From: Squalus acanthias
Lineage: Eukaryota
DNA length: 64,000 nt
NCBI GenBank assembly: GCA_030390025.1
Contig: CM059432.1
Coordinates: 30,568,001-30,632,000, forward strand
Reading direction: 5' to 3'
Shown: piece by piece, positions 10,024 to 22,457 of the stretch
Numbering within the stretch: the stretch's first letter is position 1
Layout of the letters: each line of letters begins with the position of its first letter
The notes under the pieces: model-generated
What the model saw: the letters and a program-made list of their open reading frames with translations, nothing else
Told to the model about the DNA's origin: nothing
Database searches by the model: none
Position numbers and translations under genes: made by a program

Positions 10024-11430
10024 GCTCCCACTCCCTTGGTTCTAGACCTTGGACTTATTTGGGGGTTGTGACAAAAAATGCAGCAGACAACTGGTTTTGG
10101 TGCAAGAAACTTTGATCTTTATTCAAGAGACAAAATATAACACAACAATCTTAACACTCTAATAAAATGGGGAACACTTCGATACACACGAGGGAAATTA
10201 CAGCAGAAAAATACCTCACCCCTCTCAATCCCACTTTACTAGCTAAGTTAGGCTTTAGAGGACCAGGGATAATGCTCACCAAACGAATCCTTGACAGTTG
10301 AGCTGGTTCGCGGTTTCGGGGTTCGCTGGGTGTGTTGGTTGGTGCCTGCCGTACCCCGGACGCGGTAGAGGACTTCGACTGCGTGTCTGGTCAGTCTTCG
10401 CGAGTCCGCTGATGCGGTAGGGTGCGTATTGGATTTATCGGGTGAGTACCCATTTTTCTTCTGTTAGAGATAGGGTTTAGAGTCTTTTTAAGTAAAAATC
10501 TTACCCAGGGGTAAGTCAGGAATAGATTGCAGAGTGGAAAACTTGCGAAATCTTCGGTTTTCTCCCGAGCTGGTTTTCTTTGGTCGCAGTGACCCAATAT
10601 TACCCTGTTGGCTGGTGGTAATATTCGGTTGGTTGTTTCGTAAGGCCCTTGTTGCCGTGAGGTGTCTGATGGTCACTGGAACTGTTGCTCTGGTCTCTTC
10701 TTGTGTGTTGACCTGCTTCTAGAACTGTGAACTTCTTTGAACTCGATGAACTCCTGAGAACTGCCGAGAACTGTAGAGCTTGTAGAGAACTTGTTGTAAC
10801 TGTGTAACTGCTGAACTGTCTTCTTGAGAAAACAGGCCCTCAATTATACTAATTGGGGCCTCCTAATCTGCGCGCCAAATCAGTCCCGGTTTATTGTAAG
10901 ATTTTGGCGGGCTCGTTAATAGTAACTTGTTTATTATTGTGTGAAGTGGTTTCGGGAGGGTTCCATGAGCTGTTGAGCTCTTACTTGATTGTAGTCATTG
11001 TGCTCAGGTTTCGAGTTTCCTGACTGGGCCTGAGATTTCTATGGAGTGGGGCGAGGTGATTTGTTTTATGCAGGTTTTGGATGGGTCCTGTAATTTGGGT
11101 GGGGACTGCTCTTCCGTGGGTCTATTGTTAGAATGTAAATTGTCTGATAGAGGCTGAGTGACGTTAAACAGTTCCCCAGACAGTTTGATTAACTCCAATA
11201 CTCAAACCGTCTATTACAGAGGTTGAACCCATCTCCTGTTGCAGCCTTTTCCTTTACAAGCTCAAACATGCCTTTTTAAAATACCAAATCTTGGTTTTTG
11301 ACCTAGAATCTCCCTCTGTTAGGCCCAATACATTTTATCACCCTGAAGTGGTTAGAAAAGAGTCCAAAGTCCTTTTCTTTAGGGCTTTTCTCCGAGTTTT
11401 GGGGGATCTGTGAATTTTGAGAATCTTACA
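10024..11430 (-). mobile_element. Long LTR lacking ~56 terminal bp, second unit of the tandem pair
   Basis: Ends gaattttgagaatcttaca like the first unit and starts at gctccca (= 7701 of the first unit). The pair is flanked by CCAG (7641-7644) and CCGG (11431-11434). Confidence 0.85.
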
Positions 11431-12624
11431 CCGGATACAGCAATGGACCGTGAACTGGGAGATATTGGCGATGTCCCCAGTAGCTGCTTGAAAGGAGCTG
11501 GTGGCATAAAAGTTTAGAGCCACTGTGACCTTCACTGCCACCGACAGAGACGTCCTGGTCCTCAGTAGAAGCTGCAGATCTGGCTGCAGCAGGTGGCAGA
11601 GCTCAGTGACCACCTCCTTGCTGAAGCGCAGCCTGCGCAAACACTGCTCCTCAGACAAATTAATGTAGGAGAATTGTTCCCGGAATACCCTCGGAGGGTA
11701 AGGTCTCCTGTACAGAGGCCTGTTGGCCCTCCTCCATCTGGCCATGATTGCCATTCTCTCTCTGCGTCTATGTTGCCTCCGATTCTGCAGGCGCAGGACG
11801 ACGCCCCGAATCAGTGCAGCCCCCTAAGTATCTTGTTAATCAAAGTAATGAAGGCCAAATCCAAAAGTACCTGCAAAGTGATGCTCAGTAGCCAAAACTA
11901 CTTCACACAGCATAGACTCTGTGCAGAAGTCTCTCCTTCTCTCTCTCAGAATCTCTCTCTCTGTCAGAATGAGTGGTGCAAAAATGTCTACCACAGAAAA
12001 AGCCAGGAAGAGGTCGCCTTTAAATAGCGCCCCCCCAGCTCCACACCGACTGGGAAACATTCCAGTCTACCTGTCGTTGCTTGCACCAGGCGGAAAGGAG
12101 GGGGGCGCCACTCAATATCCGGTCCGGGGCACCACAAGAGCGTTGCACGCTCGACTGACATGAAGATCTGCGGGCGCAGGAGATCGGGGCGGTATTGTTT
12201 AGCGCCGCCGCAAAATGTCTGGTCAATTTCACGAGCGGCGCAGGCATCGCCGCGCCCGGGCGCTAGTTGCTTTGCACCCCATTAGCGCCCTCTTAAGGCG
12301 CTAACGGGAGGCGCAAATCAACCGAATTTTTCCCCCCATATGTTTACAGCCCTCGGGCCTCATCAGCATACTCAGCAAGAGCTGCCGGTGCTAGTCATGC
12401 CTGCACAGGCAGCTTGCCCGAGCAAAGACTTTAATGTTGGGCCACCTGCTTCGCCAGCAGTGGATCTCAGGTAGGACCCGGGAGTGGAGTGCGCTATGGG
12501 GGTGAGGCTGATTGCGACTCCTGTGGAGTCGGTAGAGCTCTCCTGTTGCACAATTTGGGTTGAAAATATATTTAAACGGACATGTTTTTAGCGGCTTGTT
12601 ACCTGTTGCTTACCTGTTAGCTGT

Positions 12625-13040
12625 TGGTTAAGCAACGCCTTGATTTCAACATTCTCATTTGTTTTCAAATCCCTCCATGGCCTCGCCCCTCCCGATCTCT
12701 GTAATCTCCTCCAGAGATCTGAGATATCTGCGCTCCTCTAATTCTGCCCTCTTGAGCATCCCTGATTATAATTGCTCAACCATTGGTGACCGTGCCTTCT
12801 GTTGCCTAGGCCCTAAGCTCTGGAATTCCCTGCCTAAACCTCACCGCCTCTCTTTCCTCCTTTAAGACGCTCCTTAAAACCTACCTCTTTGACCAAGCTT
12901 TTTGTCACTTGCCCTAATTTCTCCTTTTGTGGCTCGGTGTCCAATTTTTTGTCTTATAATACTCCTGTGCAGCGCCTTGGGACATTTTACTACATTAAAG
13001 GCGCTATATAAATACAAGTTGTTGTTGTTGTTGTTGTTGC
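12625..13040 (+). mobile_element. L2-type LINE 3' end with (TTG)n tail
   Basis: Degenerate RT C-terminus (RYLRSSNS...GDRAF...PKLWNSLP) and tail ggcgctatataaatacaagttgttgttg. Confidence 0.7.
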
Positions 13041-13240
13041 TTATTTTCCACGAATTTTAAAAAGAAGTCCTTAACAGGTGTTAGGCCCTTAATTTATGTC
13101 CTGCCTTTGACATCCAAAAAAAGGGCCCCACAAATTTAGCAGTGGGACCTATGCTTGTGTAGATTGGGCGCAGACCATCCCACTGCTAAATTGACACGCT
13201 TTACGCCTGGAAACGAGCACAACGCATACCAATTTCTACC

Positions 13241-13660
13241 AAAAGCTTGGTCAAAGAGGGAGGTTTTAAGGAGCTTCTTAAAGGAGGAGAGAGAGACGGA
13301 GGGGTTTAGGGAGGGAATTCCAGAGCTTAGGGCCGAGGCAGCTGAAGGCACGGCCACCAATGGTGGAGTGAAGAAAATCGGGGATGCGCAAGAGACCAGA
13401 ATTGGAGGACAGCAGAGATCTCGGAGGGGTAGAGGGCTGGAGGAGGTTACAGAGCTTGGGAGGGACGAGGCCATGGAGAGAGTTTTAAAATCGAGGCGTT
13501 GCCAGACCGTGAGCCAATGTAGGTCAGCGAGCACAGGGGTGATGTGTGAAAAGGACTTTGTGCGAGTTAGGATACGGGCAGTAGAGTTTTGGATGAGCTC
13601 AAGTTTAAGGAGGGTACAAGGTGGGAGGCCAGCCAGGGGAGCATTGGAATAGTCGAGTTT
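13241..13660 (-). mobile_element. L2-type LINE 3' fragment
   Basis: ORF begins LADLHWLTVWQRLDFK, typical of the L2 RT C-terminus. Confidence 0.7.
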
Positions 13661-13789
13661 TGAGATAAGAGAGAGAGATGGAAAGAGAAATTTGTTCAGG
13701 TTTTCAAAAGAACTAAGATTTCATAGCTGGAATTTTTCCTTGCTCCTCTGTGAGGATCATTTATGCTCCACATTAGTTGATGCAATTTT

Positions 13790-14120
13790 TAATCCAAACT
13801 TGTCAGCATGGATTCATGAAAGGAAGGTCATGTTAAACTAACCTGCTGGAGCTTTTTGGAAGCAGTGCTGAAAATCTATGACAGAGTAAATGCAGCTAAT
13901 ATTACAAGCCTAGATTGTAAGCCGTTTATCCAGGTTCCAATCAGTAACTAAAGACAGGAGTAAGGATTAGTGAAATAGGAGGTAAGGTAGGCTGCTGGAT
14001 TTTAAATTAATTTAAAACAGGAAACAGATAGTCATAAATGGGAGTTTTTTAGACTGAAAATAGGTTATGAGCAGAGTATGCAAGGATCTGTCTTGGGAGC
14101 CTTGCTATTCTTAATACACT
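13790..14120 (+). mobile_element. Old CR1 RT fragment
   Basis: cagcatggattcatgaaaggaaggtcatgt (QHGFMKGRSC) motif, highly decayed. Confidence 0.55.
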
Positions 14121-14133
14121 AATATACGAGAGG

Positions 14134-15075
14134 AAAAGCAAAATACTGTTGATGCTGGAAATCTGAAATAAAAACAGAAAATGCTGGAAATACTCAGCAT
14201 CTGTGGAGAGAGAAACAGAGTTAACGTTTCAGGTCGATGACCCTTTGTCAGATATATTAGTGGACCCCATTTGGCTTTGTTTATGGTGAGGCTGAGGCTG
14301 AGGCTGCGCTTTTATAATGTCTACCAGCTCAACCCTGACAGAGCCAGTTTCTCCTGCTCTCAACAGAGCCTTCCCTGTCTCATTCTTTTCCTCTGCAGTC
14401 CATTCAACATGTATTTCTCTGTCTCCCCTACACCGTCTGTTCCCCTCAACAAGTTTTCCTTTCCCTCTTGGGTGACCGCTTTGCGGAACACCTCCGTTCA
14501 GTCCGTAAGGGGGACCCCGAGCTCCCGGTGGCCTGTCACTTTAATTCACCGCTTCACTCCCACTCTGACCTCACCGTCCTCGGCCTATTACACTGTTCCA
14601 CGGAAGCTCAGCGTACGCTCGAGGAACAGCACCTCATCTTTCGTTTAGGCATGCTACAGCCCTCTGGACTCAATATCGAGTTCAACAATTTTAGATCATA
14701 AGCTCAGCTCCAATCACATTTATATTTTATTTTATCCACCCTTTTATTTGTTCCCCCCCCACCTTTTTTTTCCTCCTAGAAGCTGGCAGCTGTCCTTCAT
14801 TCTGCCAGTGGATTTCACACTTCATTCAGCCTTAATCTGTCACATTAACACCACCTTGCATATCTCTTAATGTCTCTTAATGTCTCTTCATCTCCCCCTT
14901 TGTTCCTTTATCCCCTCCCCCTTTTCCCAGCTTTACCCTGGCCTTAAATCTATTTGATTTCCGGCTCTTCCCAGTTCTGATGAAAGGTCATCGACCTGAA
15001 ACGTTAACTCTCTTTCTCTCTCCACGGATGCTGCCTGGCCTGCTGAGTTTTTCCAGCGTTTTCTGTTGTTATTTC
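14134..15075 (+). mobile_element. Penelope-like fragment: inverted pLTR (14134-14252), GIY-YIG C-terminus (14468-14701) and 3' pLTR
   Basis: GDRFAEHL...PVACHFN...EQHLIFRLG...GLNIEF. Hammerhead-containing terminal repeats lie in opposite orientations at the two ends. Confidence 0.8.
14970..15015 (+). ncRNA. Minimal hammerhead ribozyme motif
   Basis: CTGATGA (14977-14983), stem II aggtc/gacct, GAAA (14998-15001), palindromic aacgtt stem III. Confidence 0.75.
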
Positions 15076-15221
15076 CTTTCCCTCTGTTGTGTAAACAAGA
15101 ATATATCTCCCTTACATAGGATTACATAGGATATACGGCACAGAAACAGGCCACGGCCCAACCAGTCCGTGCCGGTGTTTATGTTCCACTCGAGCCTCCT
15201 AGAAACATAGAACTATAGAAA

Positions 15222-15647
15222 ACGGTGGCATAGTGGTTAGCACAGCGCCAGAGACCCGGGTTCGAATCTGACCTCGGGTGACTGTCTGTGTGGAGTTTGC
15301 ACATTCTCCCCGTGTCTGCGTGGGTTTCCTCCGGGTGCTCCGGTTTCCTCCCACAGTCCAAAAATGTGTGGGTTAGGTTGATTTGGCTATGATAAATTGA
15401 CCCTTAGTGTTAGGGGGGATTAAATATGTGGGGTTATGGGGATAGGATGGGATATGTTAGGGGGAATTAAATATGTGGGGTTACGGGGGTAGGGTGGGAT
15501 ATGTGTACTGTGGGGATTAAAGCAGGGACAGGGTACTGGATTTGGATGATCAGCCATGATCGTATTGAATGGCGGAGCAGGCTCGACGGGCCGAATGGCC
15601 TACTCCTGCTCCTAGATTCTATGTTTCTATGTTTCTATGTTTCTATG
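15222..15647 (+). mobile_element. HE1-like V-SINE (tRNA head, V domain, CR1-derived tail)
   Basis: A-box tggcatagtgg and B-box ggttcgaatc. V-domain tgtgtggagtttgcacattctccccgtgtctgcgtgggtttcctccgggtgctccggtttcctcccac; (ttctatgt)n tail. Confidence 0.85.
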
Positions 15648-16250
15648 AAAAATAGGAGCAGGAGTAGGCCATTCGGTCCTTCGAGCCTGCTCCGCCATTC
15701 AATATGATCATGGCTGATCCTCTATCTCAATACCATATTCCCGCTCTCTCCCCATACCCCTTGATGCCTTTTGTGTCTAGAAATCTATCTATCTCCTTCT
15801 TAAATATATTCAGTGACTTGGCCTCCACAGCCTTCTGTGGTAGAGAATTCCACAGGTTCACCACCCTCTGAGTGAAGAAATTTCTCCTCATCTCAGTCCT
15901 AAATGTCCTACCCCGTATCCTGAGACTGTGACCCCTCGTTCTCGACTCCCCAGCCAGGGGAAACCTCCTCTCTGCATCCAGTCTGTCTAGCCCTGTCAGA
16001 ATTTTATACGTTTCAATGAGATCCGCTCTCATTCTTCTAAACTCTAGTGAATACAGGCCTAGTCGACCCAATCTCTCCTCATACGACAGTCCTGCCATCC
16101 AAGGAATCAGTCTGGTGAACCTTCGCTGCACTCCCTCTATGGCAAGTATATCCTTTCTTAAGTAAGGAGACCAAAATTGCACACAGTACTCCGGGTGTGG
16201 TCTCACCAAGGCCCTGTATAACTGTAGTAAGGCATCCTTGCTCCTGTACT
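15648..16250 (-). mobile_element. CR1 LINE 3' fragment (RT C-terminus)
   Basis: VRPHPEYCVQFWSPYL...LEFRRMR...RRNFFTQRVVNLWNSLP. Confidence 0.9.
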
Positions 16251-16859
16251 CCTCCCGTCTGTCCTCATCTAACTCCTATCAGCATAACCCTCTATTCCTT
16301 TCTCCACCATATGCTTATTTAGCCTCCTCTTAAATGCATCTATACTATTAGCTTCAACCACTCCCTGTGATAGCAAGTCATTCTCACCACTCTCTGGGTA
16401 AAGAAGTTTCTTCTGAATGCCCTATTTGATTTCTTGGTGACTATCTTATATTGATGCCCTCGCTCTTCTTGCCCCCTCCTCGCTCCCACTCAATAGGGTC
16501 TCTCTCTCTCTCCTCAGCTCCGATATGAAGTGCTACTCTGGCCCACCCACTCAATCGATGCCTCTGTCTGTCTCTGCAGCCAGTCTCCCTCCCCCTAATC
16601 AGGGATGTCTCTCTCCCTCTCTCCCAACAGCACCTATTTCTCTGTCATTTCCCAGGCTGCAGCATTGCTGAAATAAAATTTGTTTATTGAGACAGACTCC
16701 TGCACTCATAGATGCTTGATTATCGTTGGTCATACTCGTGGTTCCAACGTTTTAGGCTGAGCCCAAGTCAAAACAAAATCCTCAAAACCCCTCGCATTCC
16801 TCTAAGGACACTGGTAAGTTTGCAAATAAAAAGCTTTCTACTTCTGTCTTTTGAACCCC

Positions 16860-17110
16860 TTCTGTTCCATTACTTTCCTTTTCCTCCCCCTCTGTCTTCA
16901 CTTCCCTTTTCCTCTCCATTACTCTCACTTCGCTTTTCCTCCCCCTCTTCCCTCACTTCGCTTTTCCTCCCCCTCTTCCCTCACTTTCCTTTTCCTCCCC
17001 TCTTCCCTCACTTTCCTTTTCCTCCCTCACTTCCCTCACTTTCATTTTCTTCCACCTCTGACCTCACTTCCCTTTCTCGTCCTCCTCCCTTCCTTTACTT
17101 CTCTGTTGCT
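16860..17110. repeat. Polypyrimidine minisatellite (cttttcctcccctcttccctcactt-like unit)
   Basis: Several imperfect ~26-27-bp CT-rich units. Confidence 0.8.
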
Positions 17111-17666
17111 CCCCCTCATTGTTGTGATATTCTTTACCAATCACTTCACAACATGCTCTTCGTTGTCTTTCTCCAGCTGATACAGATGCATTCTCAGATT
17201 TCTCTCTTACTATGGTAGATATTGGTTGCATGCTGATAACAAAGCTTCACTATTTATGAGCATGGTTTGTATAATCGGTTGAGGAGACTACTTGTTTGTT
17301 GAACCTGGCAAAAATCCACCCTAGAGTCCTATGCCATTGACCTTTCACACTCACCAATCATGCTACTTTCCAATTCTACTATCCTTTCTCCTTCTGCTTC
17401 TTCACCCTTTGAATGGCAAACAGAATTGACAACAATTGCTATGCCTGAGCTCCTCAACCCTGATAACTGTATATATAATGCAGTGCTACTCTTGTTGCAC
17501 TTTCCATTTCCCTGTGTACCTGAGGCCCTCATTCATATGCATTTGTGAACTTCTCACAACCTTGAAATATCCTTTTGACAACTGAAATGATGCCTTACCC
17601 AACTTTAATTATGCTTAAAGAAGAACTTATATTTATATAGCGCCAGATTCTGCTGAAAAATAAAGG

Positions 17667-19078
17667 CATAGAAACATAGAAGATAGGAGCAGGAGTAGGC
17701 CATTCGACCCCTCAAGCCTGCTCCGCCATTCAATGCGATCATGGCTGATCATCCAAATTCAGTACCCTGTCCCTGCTTTCTCCCCATATACCTTGATCCC
17801 TTTAGCCTTAAGAAATATATCTAACTCCTTCTTGAATATATTTAATGAATTGGACTCAACTGTCTTCTGTGGTAGAGAATTCCACAGGTTCACCACTTTC
17901 TGGGTGAAGAAATTCCTCCTCATCTCAGTCCTAAATGGCTTACCCCTTATCCTTAGACTGTGACCCCTGGTTCTGGACTCCCCCACCATCGGGAACATCC
18001 TTCCTGCATCTAGTCTGTCTAGTCCTGTTAGAATTTTGTAAGTTTCAATGAGATCCCCTCTCATTCTTCTAAACTCTAGCGAATACAAGCCCAATCGACC
18101 CAATCTCTCTTCATACGTCATTCCTGCCATCCCAGGTATCAGTCTGGTGAATCTTCGTTGCACTCTCTCCATGGCAAGAACATCCTTGCTCAGATAAGGC
18201 GACCAAAACTGCACACAATACTCAAGGTGTGGTCTCACCAAGGCCCTGTACAACTGCAGCAAGACATCCTTGCTCCTGTACTCGAATCCTCTCGCTATGA
18301 AGGCCAACATACCATTTGCCGCCTTAACCGCCTGCTGCACCTGCATGCTTACCTTCAGCGACTGGTGCACAAGGACACCCAGGTCTCGTTGCACTTCCCC
18401 TTTTCCCAATCTATTGCCGTTCAGATAATAATCTGCCTTCCTGTTTTTGCCACCAAAGTGGATAACCTCGCATTTATCCACATTATACAGCATCTGCCAT
18501 GCATCTGCCCAATCACCCAACCTGTCCAAATCATACTGGAGTTTCTCTGCATCCTCCTCACAGCACACATGCCCACCCAGCTTTGTATCATCTGCAAACT
18601 TGGAGATATTACATCTAGTTCCCTCGTCTAGATCATTAATATATATTGTGAATAGCTGGGGTCCTAGCACCGATCCCTGCGGTACCCCACTAGGCACTGC
18701 CTGCCACTCGGAAAAAGACCCGTTTATTCCAACTCTTTGCTTCCTGTCTGCCAACCAGTTTTCTATCCAAGACAATACCTTACCCCCAATCCCGTGTGCT
18801 TTAACTTTGCACGCTAATCTCTTATGCTGGACCTTATCGAAAGCCTTCTGAAAGTCCAAATACACCACATCCACTGGTTCTCCCTTATCTATTCTACCAG
18901 TTACATCCTCAAAAAATTCCAGCAAATTAGTCAAGCATGATTTACCTTTTGTAAATCCACGTTGACTTTGTCCGATCCTGTCACTGTTTTCCAAGTGCTC
19001 TGTTATTACATCTTTTATGATGGACTCTCGTATTTTCCCCACTACCGATGTCAGGCTTACCGGTATACCTATAATTCC
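17667..19078 (-). mobile_element. Young 5'-truncated CR1 LINE with uninterrupted RT ORF (17759-19042)
   Basis: 427-aa ORF with VVYLDFQKAFDKV, GVPQGSVLGP and FADD, plus CR1 3' tail. Confidence 0.95.
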
Positions 19079-19759
19079 CCTACCGATGTCAGGCTTACCG
19101 GCTTACCTATAATTCTCCATTTTCTCTCTACCATGACACACGCTGTTATTTATGTGCAAATTGGCCAGCAATTTGTAGCAAGCAGGAGATTGCGAATCGC
19201 CACAAGTTGGTGTCCGATTTGCGCCACTCCACTGTTAGCTTCGCGAAAATGCCATCTTGCATTTAACCTCCCGGTCAGCTTCATGAAGTTGCTGCATTTG
19301 CCCATTAACTTGCCATAGAAATATAAGTCTAGTAATTATCGATGTATTTACCCTTTAACGACGTGATAATTGTTAATGGCTGCCAATCAACTCGCCCAGA
19401 AAATATACAATTATAAGTGTGGAGTCTCATTCTTTGAAAATGTGAATTGTTTTAGGAGATTTTAAAAAGGTTAAATTTTAAATGTTTACATTTTTTTCTT
19501 ACTTTTCCTTTCTGTTTCTTTTTTTCCCTTTCAACCAATCTTTCTTTCCCCTCTCTGTATTTCTCTTTCTGTACCTGATTTGACATTGAATTCACCCACT
19601 CTAATTCACTCTCCTCAGTCCTTTCTGTGTTTATTTCTCAATCCTTAAATCTCATTGGTTAAGGAGATAGACTGTTATCCCATTGTTCACCAAGGTCTCA
19701 GATTCCCTGTTGCCCTTGCTGCACCATTATCAGCTTGCATTTCCAGCAACTTTTGAAAC

Positions 19760-20015
19760 CTAAATGTGAGGAAAAACTTTTTTACGTAGCGAGTGGTGAG
19801 GACCTGGAACTCGCTGCCGATGGAAGTGGTGGAAGCGGAAACACTCAATGTTTTCAAGGGGAGACTGGATATAAAGGGGGGATTGGAGAAGGAAATAAAT
19901 TGCAGGGCTACGGGGATAGAGCGGGGGAATGGGACCTACTGGATTGCTCTACAGAGAGCTGGCATGGACTCGATGGGCTGACTGGCCTCCTTCTGTGCCA
20001 TTATGACTCTATATG
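19760..20015 (+). mobile_element. CR1 3' fragment
   Basis: VVRTWNSLP.EVVEA motif and tail as at 35800-36045. Confidence 0.7.
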
Positions 20016-20603
20016 CAATTGTATGTCTAACGGGGCATGCCATGAGATGCCCCTCTCCTGCAATATCTGCCCATAGCATCTTTTATGACCTCAGAACATC
20101 CCAAAGCATTTTACAGCCAATTAAGTATTTTTGAAGCAGCCAATTTGCACACAGCAAGATCCCACAAATAGTAATGACAAAATAACCAGATAATCTGTTT
20201 TATTGATGTTGGCTGAGGAATAAATATTGGCCAGAACAATGGGAGTAACTCCCTACTCTTCTTCAAAATAGTGCAATAGGATCTTTTACACTGGCAGACC
20301 AAGATGGCTGCTGCTAGGCTGGCAGTTCCATAAGAAGCTCTTCATTGCTTCACCTCTATCCATGGGAATCTGCTGCAATCCTTTGCCCTTTCTCTCCCAA
20401 ATCTCCTCGCTTCCACTGTTCAAGTTCCCCTGGCTTCCAGTTGGTGCATTTTAGCTCTAACTACAAGTTAACTACAAGTTAACTGTTTCAAACTGCTATT
20501 ACCCATTCCCTACCCCTGCTCTCTGCTTCTCTCGCTAAGCTGCTGAATTCTCTTCTCAAATTTGGTTTCCGAATTCCTGTACTTCTCTGGACATCAAGGC
20601 TAT

Positions 20604-21785
20604 GGCTGGAATTTTGCGGGGGAGGGGGGGTCAGCAGGCGGGATAAGTGGCGGGTCGGGTGGCAAAATGTTTTTTTTGACAGCGAATCGGAACCCCGCTG
20701 TCAACCCTCCGCCACGCACCTTTCCCAATGTTGGGTCTGTCAGCGCTGAACAGACCCGACAGGTAGCGGCAGGGGATTAATTAAGCTCATTATTACCTTG
20801 TTGACAGATCATTAACAGGCTTTTTCAACTTACCTTTTCACTTTAACTTCATAGCCACAGGGACCACACTGTTCGGGGACCACGGCTGTCAACCTGAGGC
20901 GGGAGTTCAGTGGCCATTGCTCCAGCTGATTCTTTGACAGCTTCAAATGTACAGTAAAAGCTCCCACCTGAGAGATCTTCACTTTCCTCAGCCATAAGCT
21001 GTTGCTCAGTCCATTTCCAGCACAGATTCTGCAGGCTTTCCACTTTCCACTCTCCATTCACTCTCACCTCATTGGAAGAAATCTTTCACCATTGACCGAA
21101 TGCTTCAGTCATCTGTACTTCACCTGCCATCTATTATTCAATCAACATCGGTGCCCTTTATGCTGTCTCACCTTGGTCCTCAGAATCAAACCACGATCAG
21201 CCCCAACACCAGCAGCACTAGGCACACCATCCTTCTCCACAATCACCTGATGCTGCACAGGACGGAGGGCATCAGCACCCGAGCACATTGCTGCCCAGGA
21301 GGCCAGGGATGGCCTCACCATGGCCAGATTTACTTCACTTGATGCTGTACACTCTGGCTTCCACTTGATGCGCCAGGTTGGCAACAACCCACATCAACAC
21401 CATAAAGCATCCCTACAATGCCCAAGCCATTCCTTTCACACTCACCGCCATTGCGGGGGGTACCGTTATGTCTCACCATTCACTGCAATTCACTAAGCCA
21501 CTTCCAAAGGTGCACACAAATCTGTCCAAGAACGCAAAGTGTTGAAAATAAAGGTTTCAATGTTTGACAGCACATTAACAGAAACTTTACATGAACATTG
21601 GCTGAAACACCCAAGTGGCTACCCTTGTGTGTTGTTAGTTGGTATGATTGCACTGGGATGACGGTGAGTGTGAGGGGTGGCTAGCGAGAAGGGAATGTGA
21701 TAATGTAAATAGAGAGGGCTGGGTGGAGGTGCAAGGTAAGTTGGTGTGAGTATGGATGTGCAGGAGTAGGGTAGGGAAGGTCATG
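20604..21785. mobile_element. Truncated non-autonomous Harbinger (same family as 26595-28368)
   Basis: Starts GGCTGGAATTTT; colinear with 26595-27790. Confidence 0.7.
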
Positions 21786-22457
21786 AGCAGCAACCCCAAC
21801 TGTCCCACCCTATTCTCTCGCCATCCTTCCCGCCCAGCGCGTCCGCTGGGGGATAACCTTGCAATTCTCCTCTCCATCCAACTGACCTCTCCTAGCGCTG
21901 ACCCTGTGAGCACTGGCAGTGGATCAGCCATCACTGATCCTCCCCGCATCTCCCTCCAGAATATCTGTTCACTTGCGAACAAGGCCTTTGCCATTCATGA
22001 GCTTATTGTGGATGATTGCATCGACATCATGGCCCTGACGGAAACTTGGCTGAGGGATGATGACACCTTACCCTTAAATGAAGCCTCCCCGCCTGGCTAT
22101 ACCTTCCACCACTTGCCCCGCCCAGACCGCCATGGTGGCGGTATGGCTCTCATCACCAAATCACAGCTTGGTCCCCACACTCCTCTGGCACTTTCTCCTC
22201 CTTTGAGCATCTCACCTTATTCCACTCCTCTCACCTCTCATTTAAAACTCTCGTTCTCTACCACCCACCCAAGTACCATAAAAACTATCACCAAGATATC
22301 TTCACTGCTTTCCTCTCTCAGCCTCTGCACCGAGCGACTTCTCAGTGATTTCAACCTCCATCTCAATTCATCATGCTCTCTCTCCTCTGAGTTCACTACC
22401 TTCCTATCCTCCCTTAATCGCTCTCTCCATGTAAACTCCCCAACCCATATTCACCTG
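21786..22457 (+). mobile_element. L2-type LINE apurinic endonuclease fragment
   Basis: ISLQNICSLANK...DIMALTETWL...HGGGMALI...DFNLH. Confidence 0.8.

Larger units (their letters stand above)
6867..11825 (-). pseudogene. Harbinger (HARBI1-like) DDE transposase, split by LTR insertion (3' part 6867-7644, 5' part 11431-~11825)
   Basis: Joined reading SYINLSEEQCLRRLRFSKE...VHCCIR|QVTNALY...GAIDCTH...LLGDKGY...IVEQTIG...LHN with an acidic C-terminal tract. In-frame TGA at 7098-7100 is probably CGA>TGA CpG decay. Confidence 0.92.
3637..12336. mobile_element. PIF/Harbinger DNA transposon, two-gene (formerly autonomous) copy, rearranged
   Basis: TIRs GGGGAGAAATTC / GAATTTTTCCCCC and 3-bp TSD CAT (3634-3636, 12337-12339). 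Convergent Myb/SANT-like and DDE transposase genes; GC-rich subterminal repeats. Confidence 0.92.

Noticed and set aside
13133..13192. 15-bp inverted repeat aatttagcagtggga/tcccactgctaaatt as a pre-miRNA
   Set aside because: Adjacent to a Harbinger-like end (aatttctacc, ~13231-13240); more likely a MITE subterminal repeat.
15222..15280. tRNA gene
   Set aside because: A/B boxes belong to a SINE head; no cloverleaf.
17329..17548. ORFs / possible exon ending at a minus-strand gtgagt
   Set aside because: No polypyrimidine tract and no recognisable protein.
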